Positions 10,051 to 19,649 of a stretch of 64,000 bases of DNA are shown here, piece after piece. The stretch is taken from contig CAXXWQ010000003.1 in the NCBI GenBank assembly GCA_963674945.2, positions 1,568,001 through 1,632,000 on the forward strand, given 5' to 3'. A program made the translations under genes and the position numbers. Positions within the stretch are counted from its first letter, which is position 1. Every line of letters begins with the position of its first letter. The notes below the pieces were generated by a model, which saw only the letters and a program-made list of their open reading frames with translations, did not search any database and had not been told where the DNA came from. This stretch comes from an uncultured Desulfosarcina sp. (GTDB taxonomy: Bacteria > Desulfobacterota > Desulfobacteria > Desulfobacterales > Desulfosarcinaceae).

Positions 10051-11169
10051 ATGGGCCGCAAAGACGACACCGTAACTTGCAATGTAAAGGACTTCCGCCT
10101 GAAAAAGGGATGGTCTCAGCAGGAACTGGCCGATGCGATCGATGTGAGACGGCAGGCGGTTTATGATATCGAATCAGGCCGCTACCTGCCCAACACGGGG
10201 ATTGCCCTGAAATTGGCGAAGGTGTTCCGTTGCCGGGTGGAAGATCTCTTCGTCGATCAATCGCCGCCGGAAATGGCGCCTGTGCATGTGGTGAATGGTG
10301 AAGGCGAACCATCAACGCGCCTGGCCCTGGGCCGTGTACGCGATCGGTTGGTCGGTCTGCCGCTGCAAGGATCGGAATCGGTTCCCTTTGGCCTGCGGTC
10401 GGCGGACGGTCTGCTCAACCCGGACAAGAAGAGCGCGTTCATCCTGTCTCCTTTCGACCGCGTGGAAAAAACGATTATCCTCATGGGGTGTGATCCGGCC
10501 TTTGAGATCCTTGGTCAGCACGTTACCCGATTGGTGCCGGAAGCACGGGTCCACTGCCGTTTCGCCTCCAGTCATCGGGCGTTGAACGGCCTGGCCGAGG
10601 GAATCACCCACGTGGCCGGCACCCATCTGCACAACACCGGTAAGACCGAGTCCAATGTGATTGTGGCCCGTCAGAAACTGGCCGGTGTGAACTGCAGCAT
10701 ATTGGGCTTTTCACTCCTGGAGGAGGGCCTGATGGTGGCCAGTGGAAATCCCCTGGGCATTCGCACTGTTGCCGATCTGGCCCAACCCATGGTGCGGTTT
10801 GTCAACCGGGAGCCGGGGGCCGCACTGCGTGTGCTTCTCGACGACCGGTTGAAGAGCGACGGCATAGACGGCGACGCCATCAACGGTTATCAAAACGAAG
10901 TTAAAACCCATCGCGAAGGTGCCTACCGCATCGCCTGCAATGTGGCCGATGCCGCCCTGGGGCTAAGGGCCATTGCCGAAGTGTTCAACCTGGGATTTGT
11001 CCCCATCACCGCCGCCCGCTGTGATCTGGTGATTCCCAATGACCTGACCGGTCACCCGACGGTGAAAGTCCTGCTGGATGTCCTGCAATCCGCGCCTCTG
11101 CGACGGGAGATCGATGCACTTCCCGGTTACGAGAGTTCCGTCACCGGCAATTCCATTGCTAAATTGTAA
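10051..11169 (+). CDS. Transcriptional regulator: XRE HTH plus C-terminal molybdate/tungstate-type periplasmic-binding-like domain
   Basis: N-terminal SQQELADAIDVRRQAVYDIESGRYLPN; C-terminal HVAGTHL, RFVNREPGAALRVLLD, ADAALG, ALPGY typical of PBP-like domains; GGAG RBS before ATG 10051. Confidence 0.85.
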   Translation: MGRKDDTVTCNVKDFRLKKGWSQQELADAIDVRRQAVYDIESGRYLPNTGIALKLAKVFRCRVEDLFVDQSPPEMAPVHVVNGEGEPSTRLALGRVRDRLVGLPLQGSESVPFGLRSADGLLNPDKKSAFILSPFDRVEKTIILMGCDPAFEILGQHVTRLVPEARVHCRFASSHRALNGLAEGITHVAGTHLHNTGKTESNVIVARQKLAGVNCSILGFSLLEEGLMVASGNPLGIRTVADLAQPMVRFVNREPGAALRVLLDDRLKSDGIDGDAINGYQNEVKTHREGAYRIACNVADAALGLRAIAEVFNLGFVPITAARCDLVIPNDLTGHPTVKVLLDVLQSAPLRREIDALPGYESSVTGNSIAKL

Positions 11170-11330
11170 TTCTGGCGGCAGGAAGAAAGACCGCGATTGC
11201 CCCCTGCAAAAAAAGGGCTTCCCGGCCTACGCCCCATCCTTTTGCGGAATGCACGGTTCCGATGGCTTCATTATCAATTTCCGGATCTTCCGCGAAATCC
11301 GCCGCCGTTGGATCATTGAGCCCGCCCTGA

Positions 11331-12155
11331 TCAAAGCCGGTCCACGCCATCCGTGTTCCACCAGATCACCGCCCAGCGCACAACCTTTGCGTAAGGCAGC
11401 TTCCACTGGCCGTTTTCCCGTACCAATGTGCGCGAGAGGTACTTTCGCAGCCGGTCTTCTTCATCCCGCGTCATCCCCTGCAGCATCCAGCGCATGGCGT
11501 TCAGGGCATCCTCCACATCCTGATAGGTTTTTTGCATGGTGTTGCAGATAAAGGTCAGATCGGCAAAAATCCCCATTTGCCGCAGCAGGTTGACCAGCAC
11601 GATGTAATCGGCGCCGGGGCTGAATTCCCGGCCGGCGGCCTCGAAGATCCTGCGGTCATGGGGGCCATCTCCCACCATGGCCGACAACACGACCCGATGG
11701 GATGCATGGCGCTGGATCTTGATAATGGCGCCTTGCAGATCATCGACGATCAGGGAACGGGAGGCGATGGCAACGTCATGCACACCGATTCCAAGGGTAT
11801 CCCAGTCATCTTCCCACCGACCGTCGACAATCCGTATATTATCGATCCCTTCCTGCTTGCAGCGCGTTTGGAGCAGCTCGCGCATCCGAGCAGAGGGGTC
11901 CATGGCGGTCACACGCTTGACCCGTGGCGCCATGGGAATCGCCAGCGTACCGGCCGCACTGCCGATGTCCAGAACGCGCCACGCCGGACGGGGCTTTACG
12001 ATGCTCATGAACTGACTGGCGTAATTTCCGGTTTGGGCATGCCGGGAAAACTCCGGCGCGCGTCTGTCCCAGAACCCGGGATCACGTGCCGACTTGAATC
12101 GTCGATCATGCCCTTCTCGCCATAAGGCGTTCCAGTCGATATTCGGTAAATTCAT
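11331..12155 (-). CDS. Class I SAM-dependent methyltransferase
   Basis: FWDRRAPEF, VLDIGSAAGTLAIP, DVAIASRSL. Confidence 0.88.
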   Translation of the reverse strand: MNLPNIDWNALWREGHDRRFKSARDPGFWDRRAPEFSRHAQTGNYASQFMSIVKPRPAWRVLDIGSAAGTLAIPMAPRVKRVTAMDPSARMRELLQTRCKQEGIDNIRIVDGRWEDDWDTLGIGVHDVAIASRSLIVDDLQGAIIKIQRHASHRVVLSAMVGDGPHDRRIFEAAGREFSPGADYIVLVNLLRQMGIFADLTFICNTMQKTYQDVEDALNAMRWMLQGMTRDEEDRLRKYLSRTLVRENGQWKLPYAKVVRWAVIWWNTDGVDRL

Positions 12156-12394
12156 AGACCACTCATGATACAAAGATATACAGAAGGATAGATTCTTTTA
12201 ACGTCAAATGTATTTTTTTGAATTATTAAAATTCGATTTGAAAGTCAATGGGCAAGCCTACCAAAACAACAATAACGCTTATTTTTATTGAGATTTGGAT
12301 TATTCCTTGATTCTTGCACACAAAAAAGATAAGTGTGTTTATCACGACGTATCATACTTTTAATTTACAAAACTTTCTTCAGGACATGTGCCCC

Positions 12395-13162
12395 ATGAAA
12401 AACCTTGCGGTTGAAAACCTGAGTTTTGACTACCATACCCGTCCGGCGCTCCGCCATATCGATTTTTCCGTTACACCCGGTACCATCTGCGGCCTGCTCG
12501 GCCCGAACGGTTCGGGCAAAAGCACATTGTTCAAGTGCATTAACGGCTTATTACGCCCCAAACAGGGCCGAGTGATGATTGGCGGAAAATGCGTCGGACA
12601 GTTGTCCCGCGGCACCATCGCCGGGATCATGGCGGTGGTGCCCCAGCAGACCACTGTGGCATTCGCTTTCTCGGCCCTTCAGATGGTTCTCATGGGGAGG
12701 GCGTCTCGGATAGGTACGATGGGCCGTCCGTCGAAAAATGATGCCCTCAATGCTGCATCCGTGTTGGCCGATCTGGGGATCGCACACCTGAAGAATCGGC
12801 CCTTCAACGCCCTTTCCGGCGGCGAACGACAGATCGTACTGATAGCCCGTGCCCTTTTTCAGTCTCCGTCGATACTGCTTCTGGATGAACCCACGGCCCA
12901 CCTCGATTTTAAGAACCAGTACCATATCATGGACATGGTCCAGGACTTGACCCGTAGACACCATCTCACGACCCTGGTCACCCTCCATGATCCAAACCTG
13001 GCGGGACAGTATTGCCGACAACTGGTCATGTTGAAGCAAGGACGGATACAGCGCAAGGGGAGCACCGCGGATGTGTTCAAAGAATCGGCCATCGAGGCCC
13101 TGTACGACATGAAGGTCTTTATCCAGAATGGCCGTCGCGGACGAGTGTTTGTCATGCCGTGA
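12395..13162 (+). CDS. ABC transporter ATP-binding subunit (iron-chelate/cobalamin type)
   Basis: Walker A GPNGSGKST, LSGGERQ, LLLDEPTAHLD, LHDPNLA. Confidence 0.93.
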   Translation: MKNLAVENLSFDYHTRPALRHIDFSVTPGTICGLLGPNGSGKSTLFKCINGLLRPKQGRVMIGGKCVGQLSRGTIAGIMAVVPQQTTVAFAFSALQMVLMGRASRIGTMGRPSKNDALNAASVLADLGIAHLKNRPFNALSGGERQIVLIARALFQSPSILLLDEPTAHLDFKNQYHIMDMVQDLTRRHHLTTLVTLHDPNLAGQYCRQLVMLKQGRIQRKGSTADVFKESAIEALYDMKVFIQNGRRGRVFVMP

Positions 13163-13225
13163 TTTCTCTCTTCTCTTCTCGATTCACAAAAAGGGAATGA
13201 AACGCAACCAGAACCAGAGCGAACC

Positions 13226-14242
13226 ATGACCAGAACCAGAATAACCTTCAGCTTGGCGGTTGTTGCCCTGCTCTCCACCATTCTCACCGCTGTGGCGGTG
13301 GGGAAGTACCCGATCGGTCTGACCACCGTCGGACGGCTGATCATCGATCTGTTTGCTGCACAGAAGATCGGTGTCCATCTGGACACACCGGCGCTGGTGC
13401 TCTGGACGGTCCGTATGCCGCGTATCCTCATGGCGATTCTGACGGGTGCAGCGCTGGCCGTCGCAGGCGTGGTGTTTCAGTCCCTGTTTAAAAATCCACT
13501 GGTCTCTCCCTCCATCCTGGGGGTCACCTCCGGCGCCAATTTCGGTGCCGCGCTGGCCCTGTTATGGCTTGGCGGCGACGCCACCATGCTACAAGGATCG
13601 GCCTTTGTCTGGGGCTTGATCGCGGTGGGACTGGCCTATCAGATTGGCAAACGCGGCGACAATTCAATCACCACCCTGGTGCTGGCCGGAGTGATTGTCT
13701 CCGCGCTGTTCATGGCCGGTCTTTCCTACATCAAATGCAAGGCGGATCCGCTGGGCCAGCTCCCGGCGATTGTTTTCTGGACCATGGGAAGTTTCACCAG
13801 CGTGATCTGGAAAGATGCCGCCTGGGGCGCGGGGTTGATCCTTCCCGGACTGTTCCTGAGCTATTTTCTGCGGTGGGGCCTGAATCCGATGGCGCTGGGT
13901 GAGGAAGAGGCCCTGTCCCTTGGAATTGACGTCCCCGTGAGGCGGGCGATTCATATTCTCATCGCAACATTGATGGTGGCAGCCGCCACGGCCTCGTGCG
14001 GCAGTATCGGCTGGGTGGGGCTGGTCATTCCGCACATGGCCCGGCTGATCATCGGCGCCGACCACGATGTGCTGGTTCCTTTCGCCGCCCTTTTGGGCGG
14101 GCTCTTCATGCTGTGCATGGATACCCTGGCCAGAATCCTGCCGGGTGGAGAAATCCCTGTGGGTATTCTCACCGCCATCGTCGGCGCGCCGTGTTTCGGA
14201 TATCTGCTGCTGCGCAACCGGCGCAACCCATGGGAGGAGTAA
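13226..14242 (+). CDS. FecCD/BtuC-family ABC permease
   Basis: RMPRIL, QSLFKNPLVSPSILGVTSGA, GEEEALSLG, IGWVGLVIPH. Confidence 0.93.
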   Translation: MTRTRITFSLAVVALLSTILTAVAVGKYPIGLTTVGRLIIDLFAAQKIGVHLDTPALVLWTVRMPRILMAILTGAALAVAGVVFQSLFKNPLVSPSILGVTSGANFGAALALLWLGGDATMLQGSAFVWGLIAVGLAYQIGKRGDNSITTLVLAGVIVSALFMAGLSYIKCKADPLGQLPAIVFWTMGSFTSVIWKDAAWGAGLILPGLFLSYFLRWGLNPMALGEEEALSLGIDVPVRRAIHILIATLMVAAATASCGSIGWVGLVIPHMARLIIGADHDVLVPFAALLGGLFMLCMDTLARILPGGEIPVGILTAIVGAPCFGYLLLRNRRNPWEE

Positions 14243-14275
14243 CGGTTTTCACAACGACCGACAGGACGGATCTAA

Positions 14276-15394
14276 ATGGATGTAGCAACGGCCAACAGGC
14301 AAAACAAAAGCGGATGCATGCGTCTTTTCATATTTCTTTTCGTGTTGACGTTCACTGTCGATGCCGGTTTGCTCACCGCACCTTCATACGCCGCCGATGA
14401 AGTCGACAAGCCAGACACGCGCATGATCGTGGACCGAACGGGGAGAGAGGTTCGCATCCCCGCCTATCCCCAACACATCGCCTGCCTGTTCGGTCCCAGC
14501 TATGAGAAACTCCTTGCCCTGGGCGCCGCGGATCGGGTGGCCATCGTACCCAACCTGGCCCTGCCCTGGAATTACCAGTTGAACCCCGGCCTCAAGCAAA
14601 TACCGGTGATCGGCAATTACGCGGCCCCCAGCGTGGAACAACTCATGGCCCTGGGCATAGACCTGGTGATCTACCATCCCTATGCCAAACAGATCCAACG
14701 CTTGAGCGCATCCGGTCTTCCGGTGGTGGTGGCCTATGACGGGAGAAAGCGCCCCTTTACGCTCGAAGCGTTTATCGAGGACGGGTATGATCAGATTCGA
14801 TTTTACGGCGATGTGCTGGGAGGCCGGGCAGTACCTGCCGCCGACGCCTACCGCCGCTATGTGGATGAACACATCCGGCATGTACTGGCCGTCACGCGCA
14901 CCATCCCGGACGCCCAACGCCCCCGGGTGTTCTATATTTGCGGTCGGGTTCAAGGCATATCCAATACCCAGTCCCGATTTTCCACGGCCTTCTGGTTGGT
15001 TGAAGCCGCAGGCGGCAGGATGTTGACCCATGACGATGCGGCTTACTTTATCACGATCACCACAGAAGAGCTGATCGCCTGGGACCCGGAAGTCATCGTC
15101 GTAAGCACGGCCCCCTCCGCCGATATGATCACCAAGGATCCTCGCCTGCAGAACACCACCGCCGTGAAGACCAACAGGGTCGTTATGAGTCCGGAAGGTC
15201 AATTTTACTGGAGTCATTTCAGCAGCGAGTCGTTTCTGTGCATCCTGTTCCTGGCCAGACAATTCCATCCGGGCCGATTTGCGGCCATTGACCTGATGCA
15301 GGAGCTTAAATCTTACTATAACACCTTTTATCATTATCCGCTGTCGGATGACGAGGCCCGGCGCATACTGAATCACCTCCCGCCGGCGCCCTGA
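14276..15394 (+). CDS. ABC substrate-binding protein (helical-backbone metal-chelate class)
   Basis: Signal peptide, IVDRTGREVRIP, EELIAWDPEVI, AVKTNRV, HPGRF..D...Y..FY C-terminus. Confidence 0.88.
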   Translation: MDVATANRQNKSGCMRLFIFLFVLTFTVDAGLLTAPSYAADEVDKPDTRMIVDRTGREVRIPAYPQHIACLFGPSYEKLLALGAADRVAIVPNLALPWNYQLNPGLKQIPVIGNYAAPSVEQLMALGIDLVIYHPYAKQIQRLSASGLPVVVAYDGRKRPFTLEAFIEDGYDQIRFYGDVLGGRAVPAADAYRRYVDEHIRHVLAVTRTIPDAQRPRVFYICGRVQGISNTQSRFSTAFWLVEAAGGRMLTHDDAAYFITITTEELIAWDPEVIVVSTAPSADMITKDPRLQNTTAVKTNRVVMSPEGQFYWSHFSSESFLCILFLARQFHPGRFAAIDLMQELKSYYNTFYHYPLSDDEARRILNHLPPAP

Positions 15395-15426
15395 AACGTG
15401 CTGAAACCCAAAAAGGGAAACACCAA

Positions 15427-15931
15427 ATGAGATGCACGATCTGCGAGAGAAAATGCGATATTAACGACGGCGGTATCGGCGGATGCGGAATGATGACCTG
15501 CATCGACAACGAAATTCAGGAACGCTACCCGGACCGATACCTGGTGGCCGTGGACACGGCCATCGAGTCCATGCCCATGGTCCACTTCCACCCCCGGGGC
15601 AAGTTTCTCCAGGTGTGCACGGTGGGCTGCAATTTCAATTGCAGAGGGTGCGTATCGGATATTCCATCTGTATCCTTATCGATCCACGACCAATCCCGAT
15701 TGGATTCTGGGACTCATGGGCCTTGCCAACATCATTCATCCAGAGATTTTTGCCTTCGACCTGAAACAGGAGGCGGAAGAATTCTACCAACAATTCTACA
15801 ACATGCCATTGGAAGAAGGACACCGACACGCGGCTGCAGCACGGCCGAAAACCGCAGGCCGAACGAATCAGCAACATAGGAGCCCATCTCATGCAAAAAA
15901 ACTGGACCAAAACCGCCAATCCGACATTTGA
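15427..15931 (+). pseudogene. Internally deleted radical SAM / substrate-binding-protein fusion gene
   Basis: The 5' part encodes CTICERKC..GCG and CTVGCNFNCRGC (CxxxCxxC). From about 15656 another frame encodes RIFHLYPYRSTTNPDWILGLMGLANIIHPEIFAFDLKQEAEEFYQQFY, a binding-protein C-terminus. The two parts are joined out of frame. Confidence 0.75.
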
Positions 15932-16550
15932 TCGCAATGCGGCATTGCGCATGAATGAAATCGCCAGGACGGTCTTTGCACCGATCTATCCGGTCATTGC
16001 GCAAAACGCCATCGCCGCCACAGGCATCCGGCAGGGCATATGCCTGGATCTTGGCAGCGGGTCGGCCATGCTGGCCATGGCCGTGGCCCATCATGCACCG
16101 CAAATGCAGGTGATCTCCTTCGATGCCTCACCTTATTCCACACAAATCGCCATGGACAACATTGCCGCGGCCGAGCTGAAAGATCGGGTCCGGTGTGAAA
16201 CCGGGGATGTGCATGCGCTGCCGTTCTCCGACGGCGACGTCAGCCTGATTATCAGCCGGGGTTCCATGTTTTTCTGGGATGATCTGGAAAGTGCCTTTCG
16301 CGAGATCTACCGTGTCCTGACCCATGGTGGCGCCACCTACATCGGCGGCGGGTTTGGCAATGCGACGCTGAAAAAGCAGGTGATTGCCGAAATGCTGAGA
16401 CGGGATCCCACATGGGATTGCTATGCCCGCAAGAAGACCGGTAAAGACGGCTTAAATCGTTTCAAAAAAATGTTCCAGAACATCGGCTGCCAAACCCATC
16501 GAATCATCGATGACGAGACCGGATTCTGGATTGTGATGTCCAAATCGTAA
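15891..16550 (+). CDS. Class I SAM-dependent methyltransferase
   Basis: CLDLGSGSA, GDVHALPF, LIISRGSMFFW, IYRVL..GG.TYIGGGFG. Confidence 0.9.
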   Translation: MQKNWTKTANPTFDRNAALRMNEIARTVFAPIYPVIAQNAIAATGIRQGICLDLGSGSAMLAMAVAHHAPQMQVISFDASPYSTQIAMDNIAAAELKDRVRCETGDVHALPFSDGDVSLIISRGSMFFWDDLESAFREIYRVLTHGGATYIGGGFGNATLKKQVIAEMLRRDPTWDCYARKKTGKDGLNRFKKMFQNIGCQTHRIIDDETGFWIVMSKS

Positions 16551-16592
16551 AAGCCGTCCCACGCCATCGGCCTTTTTGCCTGGCGGATAGAC

Positions 16593-16629
16593 CGCAAGCC
16601 CTCTTCTCACAACGGGAAGAGGACTTGCG
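16593..16629. terminator. Stem-loop downstream of the methyltransferase
   Basis: CGCAAG.CCTCTTC ... GAAGAGG.CTTGCG inverted repeat; no clear U tract. Confidence 0.4.
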
Positions 16630-16783
16630 CGAGGTGGGGAAAGATGGCTTTACGCCGCCTGTTTTCCTTCCGTAATCCGTATTTCTTGTTCTTCGCCAGC
16701 CTCTTCGCCACCATCACGACCATTTTTCCGATCGTCCGCAACCTTTAAGGACAACTCCCATTTAAGACGTTTATAAATTACAT

Positions 16784-16833
16784 TTGACTTTTTTAAAATT
16801 ATTAATATATAGGTGACATATGTTTATATGTCA
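16784..16833 (+). promoter_or_regulatory. Promoter with palindromic operator upstream of the TonB receptor
   Basis: TTGACT at 16784, AT-rich -10 region, perfect inverted repeat TGACATAT-gttt-ATATGTCA (16814-16833). Confidence 0.6.
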
Positions 16834-16931
16834 TTATTAAACGTAAAATAACGGCATCACAAGCATTGCCATAATGGTTTATGTTGCGTGTTATATTCTT
16901 TTAAACATTTATAAATTAAGAAACGGAGAGG

Positions 16932-18950
16932 ATGATGAAAAGTCTGGAGTGGAACTGTATTGTAATGTTAATCATACTCATCGCGATTTCCGCCATCTCC
17001 GTCGAAGCGGACGAGACCAATCCGAACGACGACGACAGCACCGGTGTATTCACACTTGGAGAAGTGACGGTCCGCGCCCAGGGGGAGCCCCAGATGGGCA
17101 GCGTGGACCGGTTGGATGAAGCGATGCTGCGAGAACTCAACCGGGACGACCTGACCGAAGCCCTGGATCTTATGCCCGGGGTGACGGTCACCCGCACCGG
17201 CGCCCGTTATGAACGCACGGTGTCCGTACGCGGCATGGATGTCAAACACGTGCCGCTGTTCATGGACGGAATTCCCGTTTATGTCATGTACGACGGCTAC
17301 TCCGATTTCGGCCGTTTCACCACTTTTGATATTTCTCAGATCGAGGTATCCAAGGGTGCCGCTTCGGTACTTTATGGTTTCAACACCATGGGCGGCGCCA
17401 TCAATGTTGTGACCAAACGGCCCGAAAAGCCCTTCGAGGCAAACGCCGGTGCCGGCCTGGCCAGCGGTGACACCACCAGAGCCTACGCCAATATCGGGAG
17501 CAATCTGGACAAATGGTACGTCCAGGGCGGGGCCAGTTATCTTGATCGCGATTACTACAAGCTCTCCGATGATTTTGAGCCTACGGATACCGAAGATGGA
17601 GATCAGCGCGAAAACTCTTACACAACCGACAAGAAAATCAGCTTCAAGGTCGGATTCCGGCCAACCGGTGAGGACGAGTATGCCATCAGCTACAGCAAAC
17701 AGGAAGCGGAAAAGGGGAATCCGGTCTATACCGGCAACGACCCTACCCAACGCGTTCGCTACTGGCAGTGGCCCCAGTGGGACAAGGAGAGTTACTATTT
17801 CAATTCCAAAACGGGCATAGGCGATCAAAGCTATATAAAAACAAGGATCTACTACGACTGTTATGATAACTCACTCTTTTCTTTTGACGACGACACCTAC
17901 TCCACCCAGAACTATCGGTCGGCATTCAAGAGCTGGTACAACGACGATACCTACGGTGGCTCCCTGGAACTTGGCACCACGCTGCTGGGCCACAACAGCC
18001 TCAAAGCCGCGTTGCACTACAAGCGGGACCGGCACAAGGAGCATGATAATGACGAGCCCAAGCGAACCTTCCGGGACGAGTATTTCTCCATCGCCGCTGA
18101 GGACACCATCGGCGTGACCGAAAAACTCACCGCCCGGCTGGGCGCCAGCTACGACTGGCAGAAGGCCCTGGAAGCCGAGGACTACGACAGTGACACCGGC
18201 ATCATTTCCGATTTTCCCACAAAAAACGCCTCTGCCTTCAATCCCCAGGCCGGATTGTTCTACGATTTCACGGACAATAGCACTGCGTACCTGACCGTTG
18301 CGCGCAAAAACCGATTTGCCACTCTGAAAGACCGTTACTCCTACCGGTTCGGCACCACCCTGCCGAATCCGGATTTGGACCCTGAAATCGCCGTCAATTA
18401 TGATCTCGGGTTCGAGACCAGGTCCAACCGTATCTCTTTCGGTGGCGCCTTGTTCTTCAGCAACATCGAGGATTACATCCAGTTCGCCACCATCCCGGAC
18501 CCAAACGACCCCACGGCGACCATACAGCAGAACCAGAATATCGGCGAAGTTCGGATCTACGGCGCCGAAACCAGCCTGGTCGTCCGTATCACCGACAACC
18601 TGCGTGGCGGGATCAACTACACCTATACCGACTGGGACAACCGAAGCAACGATGACAAGCTCATCGGTATTCCCGAGCACAAGTTCGTGGCCTATGCCAT
18701 CTGCACCCTGTTCGACCGATTGGCTCTGTCGGCGGATTCGACCACCTATTCCGGCCAGTACAGCTCTTCCAACGGTGTGCGTGAAACCGACAGCTACACC
18801 GTCGTCAATGCCAAAGGGGCGGTATCGCTGTTCAAGGGATTGGCCGTGGAAGCCGGTGTCAACAATCTGTTCGACGAAAACGATGAAATCGAAGAGGGCT
18901 ACCCTGAGGAAGGCATCAACTATTTTGCCAACCTGACCTACAAGTTTTAG
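16932..18950 (+). CDS. TonB-dependent outer-membrane receptor
   Basis: Signal peptide, TonB-box-like LGEVTVRA, plug motifs (MPGV, VRG, DGIP, IEVSKGAASVLYG..MGGAINVVT), NPDLDPE, GVNNLFD, C-terminal YKF. Confidence 0.95.
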   Translation: MMKSLEWNCIVMLIILIAISAISVEADETNPNDDDSTGVFTLGEVTVRAQGEPQMGSVDRLDEAMLRELNRDDLTEALDLMPGVTVTRTGARYERTVSVRGMDVKHVPLFMDGIPVYVMYDGYSDFGRFTTFDISQIEVSKGAASVLYGFNTMGGAINVVTKRPEKPFEANAGAGLASGDTTRAYANIGSNLDKWYVQGGASYLDRDYYKLSDDFEPTDTEDGDQRENSYTTDKKISFKVGFRPTGEDEYAISYSKQEAEKGNPVYTGNDPTQRVRYWQWPQWDKESYYFNSKTGIGDQSYIKTRIYYDCYDNSLFSFDDDTYSTQNYRSAFKSWYNDDTYGGSLELGTTLLGHNSLKAALHYKRDRHKEHDNDEPKRTFRDEYFSIAAEDTIGVTEKLTARLGASYDWQKALEAEDYDSDTGIISDFPTKNASAFNPQAGLFYDFTDNSTAYLTVARKNRFATLKDRYSYRFGTTLPNPDLDPEIAVNYDLGFETRSNRISFGGALFFSNIEDYIQFATIPDPNDPTATIQQNQNIGEVRIYGAETSLVVRITDNLRGGINYTYTDWDNRSNDDKLIGIPEHKFVAYAICTLFDRLALSADSTTYSGQYSSSNGVRETDSYTVVNAKGAVSLFKGLAVEAGVNNLFDENDEIEEGYPEEGINYFANLTYKF

Positions 18951-19124
18951 AAAGACATGGTCATTTCAGACGCCATCGGGATCGGGATCCGTGCCGTTCA
19001 TGCTTGACGGCGGTGTATGCGGGGCGGAAAAAACCTGCGTCTGGAACGAAAGACCGGAACCAACCACACGGCAGAGGGAACGAAAGATACCCGCAGACAT
19101 TAAAAAACGACGACAGGAAAGAAA

Positions 19125-19487
19125 ATGAAAGAACAGGATGAAGCGTATTTATGGCAAAGAATAAAAAAAGAAGTGGGAGTGAATGGAAAGGGCGGGAAGA
19201 AACCACGGCAAATCATAAATGAACCTTCATTTCCAATCAATCACAAACGCGCATGGCATTTGTTGTATAAATGGTCTGGATTAGGCTGGTATGACTACGA
19301 AACAACGGTAGATCTTGGTTGGGTTACACCAAAAGGCGATGGAATTCAGTTCCAGCAGATATTTTACAAGTCGATCCAGAACGAATGTCTCCAGCGGCCG
19401 CGACGCGAAAGCTTCGATCAAGCTGCGGAACGACGAATATCGCTTTTCCGGAAAGAGACGTCAACTCACTTCGTACTTTTTCCATAG
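19125..19487 (+). other. Chimeric ORF: phage-like hypothetical 5' part fused to unrelated DNA
   Basis: A-rich Trp-rich N-terminus (HKRAWHLLYKWSGLGWYDYETTVDLGWVT) with an ATGA overlap to a short upstream frame; composition changes near 19335. Confidence 0.35.
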
Positions 19488-19649
19488 GGTGGCGATGGGT
19501 CATACGTCCCGCATCCGGTGGGGGGATAGTGGAATCGAATTAAGCATTTCAATTCCTGTGCGGTGAAGCCGTTCGGCTCGCGTTTTCCCTGATCGATCCG
19601 AATGTTCGCCGAAGCCATATTTCACCGCGGCGAACATCGGTGGCAGACA

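Noticed and set aside
16649..16765. Minus-strand frame ending ..EEQEIRITEGKQAA* as a gene remnant
   Set aside because: Looks like a C-terminal fragment but has no recognisable motif; cannot be assigned.
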